From the human T2T-CHM13v2.0 reference genome, Homo sapiens: a stretch of 64,000 bases of DNA. A program made the translations under genes and the position numbers. The first letter of the stretch is position 1; every line of letters begins with the position of its first letter. The notes beneath the pieces are model-generated. The model had not been told where the DNA came from. It saw only the letters and a list, made by a program, of their open reading frames with translations, and ran no database searches. Positions 13,731-26,449 of this stretch are shown piece by piece. The DNA lies in NCBI RefSeq assembly GCF_009914755.1, contig NC_060939.1; one strand, 5' to 3'.

Positions 13731-14142
13731 TTCATCTTCAGGCTGAGTTAAGCCTCAATTTTCATTTTTGATTGAGTCTGTCTTTGCTGACAGAAGTTTT
13801 CTGGGTGACCCAGCAAGTCCTCAGTATGAGATAATATGGTGGGAGATGCAGTGAATCCATGTCTCTGCTGGACTTTTGGAGACTTTGAGATGTCAGGGTT
13901 GAAATATCACAGGAAGTCACTGGGCAGGTAGATAACTGAAGAAATGGCTTCATGAAAGCATTGCTTATCTCTATTCCAAACATATTTGGCTCCTTTTGAG
14001 AGGTAAATAAGGATGGAGGAAGAGGAGGAGAGTTAGTCCTGAATTTGTACCCTGGCTCTGCCACTCACTAGCTCTGCTGCTTTTGCTAGGGAGATCATGT
14101 TAACATATTAACGCCGATAATAATCACTGAAGGTTATGAGTC
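13731..14142 (+). repeat. Copy 2 (probable donor) of the ~420-bp local duplication
   Basis: Direct alignment with 11035-11456. Confidence 0.97.
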
Positions 14143-14149
14143 TTTTATA

Positions 14150-14332
14150 TCCTTACTACCCAAAATGTGGTCCTTGGGCCAGCAGCATCAGTGTTTCCTG
14201 GATGCTTGCAAGAAATGTAGACTCTCAGGCCACACTCCAAATTACTTAGAGATTCTGATTAAATGAACAAGAATATGCATTTAATCGAATTCTCTGAGTA
14301 ATTTGTATGCTCTGGACAGTTTGAGAAGCACT
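14150..14332. mobile_element. MER5-like hAT-Charlie MITE
   Basis: caaaatgtggtccttgggccagcagcatcag..agaaatgtagactctcaggcc..agtttgagaagcact. Confidence 0.8.
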
Positions 14333-14540
14333 TGCAATTATCTCATTTCTTCCTCATTATGATACTAAAGATACTCATTTTGTAAACTCTGTCTCCTGGC
14401 AATACTAATCACTACCCTGCTTTACATGGAAGGAAACTGAGGCTCAGAGAGGTCAAATGGCTTGCTCAATATCATACAACCAGAAAGAGGGTTTGAAGCT
14501 AGGCTCCCACCAAAGCGGATGCTTTTAACCACCATGCAGT
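14333..14540. mobile_element. MIR
   Basis: ggaaactgaggctcagagaggtcaaatggcttgc..gcttttaaccac. Confidence 0.8.
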
Positions 14541-15688
14541 TGGGAGACTTAAATAAGATGCTAAGTATCTATCACTCAGCAGAGTACCTGGCCCACCATA
14601 GATGGATGATATATGCTCATAACCTTCTCTGTTCCTTCTCTTCTCTTTCTCTGTTCTGGTTATTTTCAGACTTCCAGATGTTCCCTTGCCATGGCATATA
14701 TGTTGGTCCACCCTAGATAGGATGGGACCTGCCTAAATTCCTGGCTCCCCCTTGACTACTGCAGTGGTTCTTGATTGTGCCTTGGAGGGAGTGATGTCTG
14801 TTTTCCCTCGGCATCCTGGAGTGTCTCCTGGAGGGTGTTGCTGGCCCCTCTTCTCCTTCATCTCCACTGCAAAGAGCTTGATGATGTTTGCTCCTGGCCA
14901 TGAAGCCTGGATGGAAAGCAATTCCCTGATAGGCTGGCTGGCATCTTGTTCCCTTCCTCTTGACAGGTATCATGGGTTTTCCTAGGGCAGGCATGGGATG
15001 AGTTCAGGATTTTCACCCCTTATTCCTTTTGGTCCAGGGAGTTGCATAAATGGACTAGTCTTTGGCGGGGTCGGGATGGGGGGCAGGACTTGTGGTTTTA
15101 CAATTTATTTTTTGAAAAATAAAGGATTCTGATTTATAGATACATTATTTCTAAAAAGGATGAGCACATTTATAGTTAACCAGTTTCTATGGTTTTGGTT
15201 TCTCAGTAATGAGAATGTTAAATCATATAGGACAGGAGAATGGTAGAAGGATTTAAAGAGAGAAACATGGAATCTGGATTAAATGAACAAGAGTATAATT
15301 GAGTTCCATGATCCCATCATTTCTAGATTCAATTTTTCAACCAGATGTATCTTAGATCTTATTAGGAGTTCCTTAGAAGACAGACCAGATATAGAGCCTG
15401 TGACATTCACACCACCTAGTCAAACCTTATCTCAGGCTTTCGACATCAGTATATGGTGAGGAAATTGCTTTGGGACAAGATGGAAAACTTCGGGGCAGCT
15501 GGGTGAAGACCATAGTGAATCAGATTATTGAAGTAACTTCTCTCATTTGATTATTATCCTTGGCAATGAGTTTAGGGAACTGATGACAAGTGGATTTGTG
15601 ACTATATTTAGGGAAAGAAGCCTGAAATCAGCAGAAGAAAGGAGAATGTACATACATCTTGGAGAGCCTACTGGCCATAACAGAAAAT

Positions 15689-16235
15689 ATGTTAGTTATT
15701 TATTGTTGCATAACAAATCACCTCAAAAACTAAGTGACTTAAACATCAACCAATGCTGATTATGACACAGTTTCTGTGTGTCAGGAATTCAGGAGTGATT
15801 CAGCTTAGTGGTTCAGGAGTGATTTAGCCGGGTGGTTCTGGCTTGGGGTCTGTCACAGAGTTACAGTCAAGATGTTGGCAGGGACTGCAATCTCTGAAGG
15901 TTTAAATGGGATTTCTAATGGGACTGGAGGATCCCTTGCTGACTCATGTAGCTGGCAAGGTGGTACTGTCTCTTGGCAAGATGTCTCTGTTCCCTGGACA
16001 CTGAAGAGCCCTTTGGAGTGTCTCGAGTGTCCTCACAACCGTATGTCTGCCTTCCCTCAAAGCACATCTTTCAAGGGAGTAAGACAACTAGCCTCAGAAG
16101 TCACACATTGTCATTGCCACAATATCCTGTTGGTTATACAAGTCAGCCCACTTCAGTGTGAGAGGAAATTACACAAGAGTGTGAATAGTGGCAGGTTGGG
16201 GCCACTGGGGGCCATCTTTGAGGCTGGATATCACA
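15689..16235 (-). mobile_element. MaLR solo LTR (MLT1F-like)
   Basis: tgttagttatttattgttgcataacaaatcacc..caggaattcagg..gcctcagaagtcacac..gggggccatctt. Confidence 0.85.
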
Positions 16236-17706
16236 AAATATGATATATAATCATCTAGGGACTGGGGCAAGTGGGGCATTCTGGGTTCCTAACATTCTCC
16301 TTAATTGTGTAATCTTAGATCGTTTGGAATCTCTTGGTCTCAGCTTCTTAACCTCTAAAGACATTAGAATGATCTCAAATACTCTAAAGCTATGGGCTTT
16401 TGGTATGATGGAAAGACAGAAAATTTGCAGCCTGAGGACCTCAATTTGAAGTCCAACTCCCTCTCACTTGCTGGAAGGTCTAAGGCAAGTCACCCCTGGC
16501 TCTGAAGAATGGATTTGCGATCTGCAAAGTGGGGATGGTCTTGAGGATTAAAAGAGATAATGGATGTGGAAGTGTTTTAAAAGTCTAAGTTCCACGCACT
16601 TGTAAGATGTTTTATTTCCTCATAAAAAAGCTGAACTAGAGGAAGCCAGAAGGCAGTATCATTATCATGAAAATAAAATTACCTTCTACTCTTCAATGCA
16701 TGATGAGCCCTGGAAACAGGCTCTTCTATCTGCCAGGCTAGGCTGTGATCTTTTGAGCTATGCCAGGTGGTTATTATAATAAAACTAAAAGCCACATTAT
16801 TTCACATGTATGCTTTACAACTTATAAAGAGCTTTTACTGATATTATGTTATTTAGGCCTCATTTTTTTGCCAGTATAAAATACCTTGTTTATGAAAGTA
16901 CTTTTTCAACTAGTGTTTTTTAGAAATGTGAATGTATGATCTTAGAAAATTCATGCTGATTGTTATTTTTAGGATTGCTTATCACCCTCACCCATGAAGC
17001 AGCTAAAGTCGTTCAAGTGGGTCTCCTCCTTATCTTTTAACATATGAGGAATTTGCATCTCAGAAAAGTTAAGTGGCTTATCAAAGACTCAGAGCCACTC
17101 AGGATGAATCTGTAAAGGCACATTTATGTCTATGGCTACTTTTTTTAATGTTAAAACTGTGATTTAAACCACTGAGCTGGAAATGACAATCAGACTAATC
17201 AAAAGTATTATTATTATTAAATTCTATGAATCCATCTTATGATCTTTCCTCATGCCAAGGACTGGAGTCATAAAGATGCAGAAAATGTGGTTTCTAACCT
17301 TGTGTAGACCACTCGCTGTTGGAGATGGTGGATCAGGCTAGGCATGCAGGTAAATAATTTCAATGTAGTGTGATACGTCTCACTGTAGAAGTTTATTAAA
17401 AAGTATGTGCTCTGGGGAAAAAACTGGTGACCAAAACATGATCTTCTGATTAAGGTTGTAAGAAAGGGGAGGGGGTCTTAAGCTGTATGCTAGAGGCAGG
17501 AGGGGAGTTGCTGAGTAGATGAAGATGAAGGACATTGCACAGTGTGGGGAGCGGAGCTTCAGGAGGCTTGCTTACCAAGTGATGGGCAAGTGGAGGCTAG
17601 GTGTGAATGCCCTGGTATGCATATCACAACTATTGTGACTTTGTTCTATGAATGACAGAGAAATATTGGTGTATTAAAAATACGTTTTTGTCTGATTATA
17701 TAAGTA

Positions 17707-18028
17707 CAGTCATCCCTCAGTATCTGTGGGGGATTGGTTCCAAGCCTCTCACGAATGCCAAAATCCATGGATGCTCAAGTCCCTGATATAAATGGCACAG
17801 TATCTGCATGTAACCTACGTACATCCTCCCTTATGCTTTAAATCATCTCTAGATTACTTATAATACTTAATACAGTATAAATGCTACGGAAATAGTTGTT
17901 ATACTGTATTGTTTAGGGAATAATGACAAGAATACTATACATGATCTGTATACACGCAATATTTTTGAATATTTTCTATTCATAGTTGAATCCACAGTGC
18001 AGAACCCACAGATGTGGAGGGCCAATTG
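17707..18028. mobile_element. MER2 (TcMar-Tigger MITE)
   Basis: cagtcatccctcagtatctgtgggggattggttcca...cccacagatgtggagggccaattg; terminal inverted repeats, TA on both sides. Confidence 0.92.
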
Positions 18029-18222
18029 TATTTAGAAGGCTTTTGAACAGGGAGATGGCATGAAGACAGTTATAAATACATTTAGAAAATAGGCAGGAAT
18101 GAGGCGATGAGTTTGTAGGAGACTAAGGAGTTGGGTCAGGCTGGAATGAAAGGGAGTTTGGTGTTGCCTCACACTGGGAGGTAAGTGGACTTGTAGCCTT
18201 TGCACAGTAACGTGCTGTAGTT

Positions 18223-18540
18223 CAGGGGCCAGCAAATGTTTTCTGTAAAGGGATAGACGGTAAAAATTTTAGGCTTTATGGGCCATATGGTCCCTGTAGC
18301 AATCACTTAGCTCTGCTGTTGTAGCAATGTATCAACAAATGAGTGGGGCTGTGTTCCAATAAATCTTTATTTATAGATACCACATTTTGATTTCATATAA
18401 TTTTCACATATCATGGAATGTTATTCTTCTTTTGAATTTTTCAGTCATTTGATAATGGTCAAATTATTTTCCATTTGTGAGCCTTCCCAAAACAGGCGTG
18501 GAACATATTTTACCCACAGACCATAGTTTGCTGACCCCTC
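18223..18540 (+). mobile_element. MER58B-like hAT-Charlie
   Basis: caggggccagcaaa..tctgtaaaggg..ccatagtttgctgacccct terminal inverted repeats. Confidence 0.88.
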
Positions 18541-19076
18541 TGGTAGCTTCTGGAAGTCCCATTGCCATTTCTACCTGCATCAACTTGGCAAATTAACACG
18601 CACCAGTCGTAGTAAATGGAAACATCACAGAGCAGACTCCTGCCACACAGCATTCTTCTCCAGGCCACATCTGGAATTGAAACATACTCATAAATAGCAA
18701 AACTTAGAGTGTGAGCAAGGGGAGGCTGGTGTGCCTGCTCAGGTCATTTTCCACTACCGGCTTTTGAGATTCTGTGGGCAAGTCAGGATCTTGCTGAATT
18801 CCTGACCAAGACTGTTTTCACATGCCTCTGCCCTGGCCATCCAAGGCTGGCTGTGCCGTGACTGCTGTCAGGCCAGTGGTTGAAATAACTTGTCTCCAAA
18901 GGAAGACAAACATGCATGCTTCTTGGATGAATCTGACACCACACTTAGGTGAACGGTTTAAAGTCAAATGTTCTAAAGACAAATCTGGGACTTTTGTCTA
19001 TGCATGCTAATGGATATTCACAGAAACATACAGAGTACTTGCATTATGTCGTTGACAAAACTCATTGAAATACTCA

Positions 19077-19386
<310 letters not shown>

Positions 19387-20799
19387 ACTCATAGCCTTAT
19401 TTCATAGGTGAGAGGAAGGGTTCCATTTACAATCCCATAATTAATGGATAGGAGAAGATAATGGAACAAACATCCAGATCGTTCGACTTCATTTATCTTT
19501 CTCCCACCCCACCTAGCTTTGTATATGGTACATTTTGAATGGGGATGGGGAGGCCTAGGTAAGGAAGGGAGGATAAATGGAGCACCCAGGAGACTGCCTT
19601 TTCCAGAGGAGAATGACACAGATGTATTTTTTTCAGTCTCCTAAGAAGTGAGATCAGCTTCCTTAATCTAGTTTTATTTCCTGACGGCCTCCACTCTCCT
19701 CCCTGCTCTTGCCTCTTCTCTCCATCTCTCTTGCTACCTTCTACCAGCAGGTGGAAGCAATTATTGCTATGCCCAGGCCAAGAGACATGAAAGCAAACAA
19801 TATCTTAGCAAATATGATTTTAAAACACAATAATCTAAGCATTTGAACCTCAGCAAACATGCAGCTAATACAGATTCTGTTTTGTATCAGTTATATTTTT
19901 GGCAAAAAGCAAAGGACAGAACTAAGAGTATTTCATGATCTTCCAGTGAGCCATAAGGAAATCCCTGGCTTACTTATAATTAGGATGGTGAAAACCAAGT
20001 AGGAACAATCATGAAAATTCTCCAATTCTACCTCTGTCATCCTCCTTTCTAAACCATCCATGTTCCTCCAAAGATTATCAGGGAGTGTGTGCCTGTGTGA
20101 TTCTCTTCTAGTCACTGGGGCAGGTTGGCTGGACAGCTTTGTGAATGAATGATCCACAACCACATTATAAGCTGGTTATACTAAGAATGGTATCCTGGAA
20201 ACCAAAACTGTTTCTCAGATTTTCTCAGATCGGCGCAGAATTGGGTGATTTTTCTCCCCCACTCTCTCTTTTTGCCTTCAGCCACCCCTAATAAATACAA
20301 CCAAATTCCCAAACACCTTTCCTTTCTCTCACCCAACATACAGCATGGGGCCCATCGTTTTCCCCTGAGATGCCTAGATGGGGCTGCCCTTGTATGCACT
20401 GTTGCCCCCGCTTACCATGTTTATATAGGGATTAGCTCTTTTTTACAGTCTGTAGACACACATGCATTTATATGTAGTCTAGATTTTCATGATGATTCTG
20501 AAGGTCGAAGGAAGAGGGAGTTTACATTGTGTACGGGAGCAAATTGCTCAAATCCCTTCGAACATATTCTCTTTCTCCCTTGCCCTTCCTCCTTCACCTG
20601 CCCTTTCTCTGACCCTCCCCATGCGTACTTTATTTCTTTGCCCTTCATCTCACTTCTGAATCATCCTCAGGTCACTTGATCTCTCAACCCTTTCTGATGA
20701 GCAGTTTGGCTTCTCCTGACTTCTACTTTCAGAATCCTCCAGCTACCAATACCCACCCTCCTCAGAGAGTTGCTGGAAATTTTAGTAATAAAAATTTGC

Positions 20800-22000
20800 C
20801 CTGTCACATTTAGGACACTTGCTTTCTTATCTTTGTTCTATCATTTATAGGCTGTGTGAAATTACACAAAACACTTTATGTCTTGGAACCAGTTTCCTTT
20901 CTGTAGAATGTAGCTAAGCTCTATTCTGTGATGACAAGGATGATCAAAATAAAAAATAATCACAGCTAATATGTGTGGTATACCAACCATGTACCAGGGA
21001 CCTCGTCAAGTGCTTTCTGCACGTGGTTCCATTTATATTTGTCACCCCTACTTCACAGACTACTAAATTGAGCGTCTGAGCTGCTAAGTCACCTGCCCAA
21101 GGTTATTTGGCCAGTAAGCAACAGAATGAGGATCGGCATTTGAGATATGAATATTCTATACACAAAAGGTACCATTACAGAGAAACTAGAGTGGTATTGG
21201 CCCGGATAAGGGTTCATGCCTATTTGCTTATAGGACGGGTGGAGCTACATTAAATGCTTTTAGGACAATGCATTTAATGTCTTAAATTAAACAATGTTTG
21301 AATTTCCCAAAAAAACCAGAATAACTCAAAATTACTCATTATCTTGGCCTTATTGGTATTTGACTCTGCTGTGAATACAATATATCTCACAGAAGCATGA
21401 CAGTCTAGTAGGGTGGTTTTGGAAAAAGCCTAGGATTCAGGAGCAGGTTTAAGCAACTTAAGCTTTCTCAGCTTCCATTTTCTCTTCTGTACTTTCATAA
21501 TGCTGATTTTTAAAAGCACCTATGTGGAAAGTAAAGGTTCAATGAAACAGCACAAATGAAGTGTTTAACATTTGGTCTGGCATGTAGCAGTTGCTCAACA
21601 CATCTTGTTTATTAATGATAACCACAATGATAATAATGAAGTAATAATGAATTTATATAATATTATTGTGAAAGTTCATATGAGTTTTGATCTTGCCCCT
21701 CTCCTCTGTTCAGTGGCTGCATGGTTTTTATGATCTACCTTGTATGGCTTCATGTTGGCAGGTGGGAGATTTTGATAGACATATGATAGAATCGGGAGCC
21801 CCTAAGACTTGTATTTTAGTCACAGAAATGTATTAGTTCCTCGTGTTGTGAGCTTGAGCATGTTACTTTGTCTAAGTTAACCTTCCTTGTAAAAATCATG
21901 AATATACCTGCCCTTTCTCCTCCCCTCAACCTCTCCACACCCAGTGAGAGGTCCCGTTGATAGTGTATATGAAGGGGCTTTACAGAATCTGGAGTGCTGT
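20800..22000. mobile_element. Cluster of degraded MIR fragments
   Basis: Several MIR-like blocks, e.g. cacctgcccaagg, cagcttccattttctcttctgta, tggcatgtagcagttgctcaa. Confidence 0.55.
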
Positions 22001-22449
22001 ATACATGCTATTTTTTTCTCTCTTTCAATTGTAGTGGTGTTTTCCCATTCCCCTTGAATTACCCAACATCACACTCCTGGTAAAATAAATGCATTTGTGC
22101 ATGAACATTTGGCAAGTAATGGGAGTCACATTTGCAATAAATGTTTTCCCTTGAACAGCCAAGTGAGCCACTGCGAGCTGCACTGTAGCAGTGACATTTA
22201 CAATAATCAGTTTAGAAGAGCAATTGCCACCTTGACTATTTTACTAGTATGGAGTGCTGGAGACTATTGAGGGTGATTAGATCAGCAAACCAGCAATTTA
22301 GTAGAGCCATCAGAGAAGAGGCTGAAAATAAATGAATATCTGAGATCCTGAATTTCCAATCAGATCAAGAAAGAGAAGCATAAAAGAATAGGTCCCATTT
22401 ATTTGGGGGAGAGCCATACACCACTTTGTATGGAGGTTTCATTTTCTAG

Positions 22450-22545
22450 GAACCTTTTCTAGTGCTTTCAACAACATTGTGATATAAGTAGGACTCTTCC
22501 CCATTTTACAGATGAGGAAACTGAGGCTCAGAGGTTTAAGTCACC
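22450..22545. mobile_element. MIR core
   Basis: ccccattttacagatgaggaaactgaggctcagaggtttaagtcac. Confidence 0.85.
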
Positions 22546-22549
22546 AGTC

Positions 22550-23310
22550 TGCATCTCCTTACATTCTGTTTTTCGGAGAATGGTGCCCTCACCTATCCAG
22601 TGACACAAGCCAAAGTCCTGTGAGTGAGCTCTGGTTTAATCCCTTTCTCTCATTTCTCATATCCAGTTTACCATTCAGGCCTGCTGGTTTTAGTTCTTAA
22701 ATATCATTTAGCTTCTGTTTTCTCTTTCCATTGAAATTCTCATTGCAGCCCTTGCATGGATTACCTCCTGACCTGTGTGCCTGTGTCCGTGTTGTTCACC
22801 AGTCTGTCCTCCACGTAGGTCAGACCATGCCCCACAGCTCCCAATCCTCCTTAGAATGAGGACAAACCTCCTCACCGTGGTCACCTTTCCATTTTTCTGA
22901 CCTCACTCTGTGCCCCTCTTCCATGCTCTGCACTGCAAAGACTCAGAGTCTTGTACTGGCCAAGGTCAAGGTCCCCCTGCACCACACCTTTGCCTGGTAT
23001 GCCATATCCTCATTACTTTACCCACTTACTGCCCACTTGTGCTTCTGATCTCAGCCCCAGCTGCCCTTCCTAGGGGAAGCCGTTCCTGACCTTTGTAACT
23101 GGCGCAAAGCCTTCTCTTGGGTGCTCTCAACGTTCCAGGGACCTGGCTGTACAACACTTGTACCAGTCAATCCTTTACATTAACTTGAGTAATAGATGTT
23201 AGTGTCTGGCTCTGCCTCCCAAGAGTGAAGACAGGAAAGGTAAGGCCTTATCTGTTTGCATTCCTACAGTCTAGTGTGCTCAGTAAAATATTGTTTAATG
23301 AGAATGAATT
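22550..23310 (+). mobile_element. L2 3' region
   Basis: cttcctaggggaagccgttcctgacc..agtgtgctcagtaaaatattgtttaatgagaatgaat L2 terminus. Confidence 0.75.
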
Positions 23311-26300
23311 GGACATGGCAGCATGGCTAGAAAGTGATGGATTTTGGATTTAAACATACTTCTTTCTGGTTCTAGAGACTTTGCTGTTAACACCATTCAC
23401 TTTTGGGCAGTGTCATTTCAGCAGTAGGACTGATAAGGGTACTTTATACTAAGATCAAACATATTTTGGATCCATCAGATGAAGTTTGATAAAAATGGGT
23501 TATTAAGAACCCACTGATAAGCAGAGCTGCCTGACCAAGATTTCCACATTTTGCATCAAAGAGAAGTGTAATGAAAGTGTATCTACCTGGGCTGATGGGA
23601 GTGGGTGGAGGGCTGGAGAGTGAAGCAAGAAGGGCTACTTCTATAATGCCCTTGACCCGGCCTTTCTCTGTTCTTCACTCTGGCTGAAACTGACCACTCT
23701 GAATGCATTCAGATAATGATAAATTATCTCCATCAGACAGTGTGTGTGTGTGTGTTGGGTCATGTACAAGAGAGGCAGCTTCTGTGAATAAATGAAGCCC
23801 TGTAATTAAGGAATGTGTAGAAAATTGCAAGGATGCACTGGTACTTTGTCCTTAGTACTCCTCCCTAAGGCCACATTTCCTAGAACTGGCTTGTATTTGC
23901 CACTGACACTACTAGCAGCAGGATGGAAGGGAGGAAGAGAGAGGCCAGGTGTTGCAATACTTAGCGCCTAATTTCAGCTCTGCTGCAAACTAAAAAACTA
24001 ACCAACTTTGGTTAACTCCCTAACCTCTTTGAGCCTCCGTTTCCTCATCTGAAAAATCAGTAATGGTTTGAATTCCTTTAAAATCTGACATTCTATTATC
24101 TCTCTCCACTGTGGAAACACTGGGATCTATTGTTCTTTTATCATCTCTGGTGGACGTTATTACTTCTGCATTACAAAGGTGCCCTTTCCACTCTAAATAA
24201 GCCCTCAAAGAAATTAAGTCTGTAATCATTTCCACTTGGTAAGTGAAAAGGCACGAGAAAAGAGCTAGTTGTCAATAGCTCTGTGGATGGCAACAAATTA
24301 ATTCAATGGAATGGGATCCGTGCAAACACGTGCATATATAGCCATAATTTGCCTTTCATTTTCCTTTGCAACTCAGAAGAAAGTGAATAATTTCCAATGA
24401 GGCTCTCATTTGAACATACTAAAAAAACATGTCATTGGCAAAAGGCGTATTTGGTTGCTCGATTACCATATATCTCCGAGTATGCGGAACAGTTATTTTT
24501 CAGTTGGGAGTAATTAGCAGAGTAGAGAGCTGCACAATCTTGGGGGCAGAAAAATCTTTGTATGTCTTATCGTGGCATGGAGAAAGCAAAGTGAAAGGGC
24601 AGAGCATAGGAGGTCGTTAAATAACTAGATAAGGGATCAGCGGCATTCCCTCTGGTTAGGAATGAGGTGAGGCCCTAAAGCAATGGCAGCAAAATTGTGG
24701 GTGGGAATGTTTTTGTATGGTCTAGTTAGTTTACCCAAGAAAAGTGCAAAAGAGAAAGGGCTAAAAAGATGTAGATTGTAGAATTCATGGCTTCATTTGC
24801 TCTTCTGCCTTCGAAACCTTTTTGCTACCACTCTGTCATTTTCTCAGCTTGTCTAAGGCCATCTTGGCTCATCAACTGTGAGGGAAAGTTGTTTAAACTC
24901 TCTAAGCCTCCTTTTTTTTCCACTGGTACACTTAGGGGCACTAATTCCTGATTTTTCTGCTTGAGTTACTGTTGTTCGGAACCCATAATTGTTTGCGTAT
25001 GTGCCTTATAAGACGTGTCACCTAACGCACGTTGTGGCAACCTCAGGTGTAGGAGTTAGGACATCTGTGTGCCTGGATTTGGCTGTTACTAACTAGATGG
25101 AGTGGGGAGGAAGGGCAGAGGAGACCATTGTAGGCTTTTTCTAGATTCTTTTCTTTTCTCCAGAAAATGACATTGCTCTTATATTTGAAGACAACTACCT
25201 GCCTAGGCATATGGAAATTCTAAGGTTGCCAGAGCTTTGCATTGATTCTGGGGCAGCGTTTCAAGATTGCTGGAGCAGTATCATCATTCTACTTCATAGA
25301 TTTCAGTCAACAAGCTGGTCATGGCCTCCTCAATGTGCCAGAATCTTATAGATGGTGAGCGTCAGTGGGCTGGAATCACAGTTTCCATCTCTTAGGCTGG
25401 GCAGTCCCATGGGGGCAATGGTAAAAATTTAATTGGAACATATATCAGAAGTAACGAGAAATCCATCTCTTTAAATGCTTCCTAGGAGATTTCCTGGAGA
25501 TTTATAAAAGACACTTCATTGATCAAATGACTCTGATGTTTCCCTCCCACTGGAAGCAATTCAGGTCACCAGGCCACTTTTAACCATTGTGATCCCCTTT
25601 CTTAGTAACCTCTGCTCATAGAATTTATTTATGGCATAGCATATACTATTTAACTTAATATTCTGATTAGCGGAGCTAGCAAACACACAGCATCAATATA
25701 AACTGCAGTATCGTAACAGAATTCCTTTAAAAATCTTCTAATTTTTCTTTAAAAACACTGATGTTTTTGTAACTTACTTCATCTTTAGGAATATTAACAT
25801 TTTATAATGCTGGAAAAATTATTTGAATTTCTTTTCACTTAAAACCTACAGCTTTTATTTATTCCAGCTTTCACAAATATTTTATTTTCCCACTATAGAA
25901 AAATTGAGTTTAGAGATAAACGTGAAGAAAAAAGTCACCCATAGCTCCATCCAAAAGTCAACAACTCTTAATATCTTGGTCTAGTTTTCATTCTTTTTGC
26001 TATGTTTCATATGGTTTCATCATCATATGTCATAAATAACTGTATATATATATATGAGTTTTAAAATAATACATTTTGTATTGTCATAAATGAAATACAT
26101 ATTTAATATGCTGTGATTAGGACATATAGAGAAACATAAAAAGGAAAATTAAAGTCATTTAAAATCTTACCAGAGATAATAACCATAAACATTTTGATGT
26201 ATTTTCTCAGAATATTCTTTCCTATGCCTTTTATATTTTTCTTTATTATTAAATATTTCAAGCATATAGAAAAGACAGAAAATAATATAAGAAACACCCA

Positions 26301-26449
26301 TATATTCACCATGAAAAATTTTAAAATATTGATATTTTCCTACGTATATTTCAGATTCTTTACTTTTTGTTGTCCCTTGCTTTCCTCCTCGTTTTTTTCT
26401 GGCAAAACAAAGCATTATAGATACAGTTGCAGCTTCCTATGCTCAATTT

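Noticed and set aside
15788-15835. 24-bp diverged tandem duplication in the MLT1 LTR (similar small ones near 47380 and 57470)
   Set aside because: Ordinary old slippage duplications
20245-20679. 144-aa ORF in apparently unique DNA
   Set aside because: Non-ATG start, pyrimidine-rich bias, no domain or exon support
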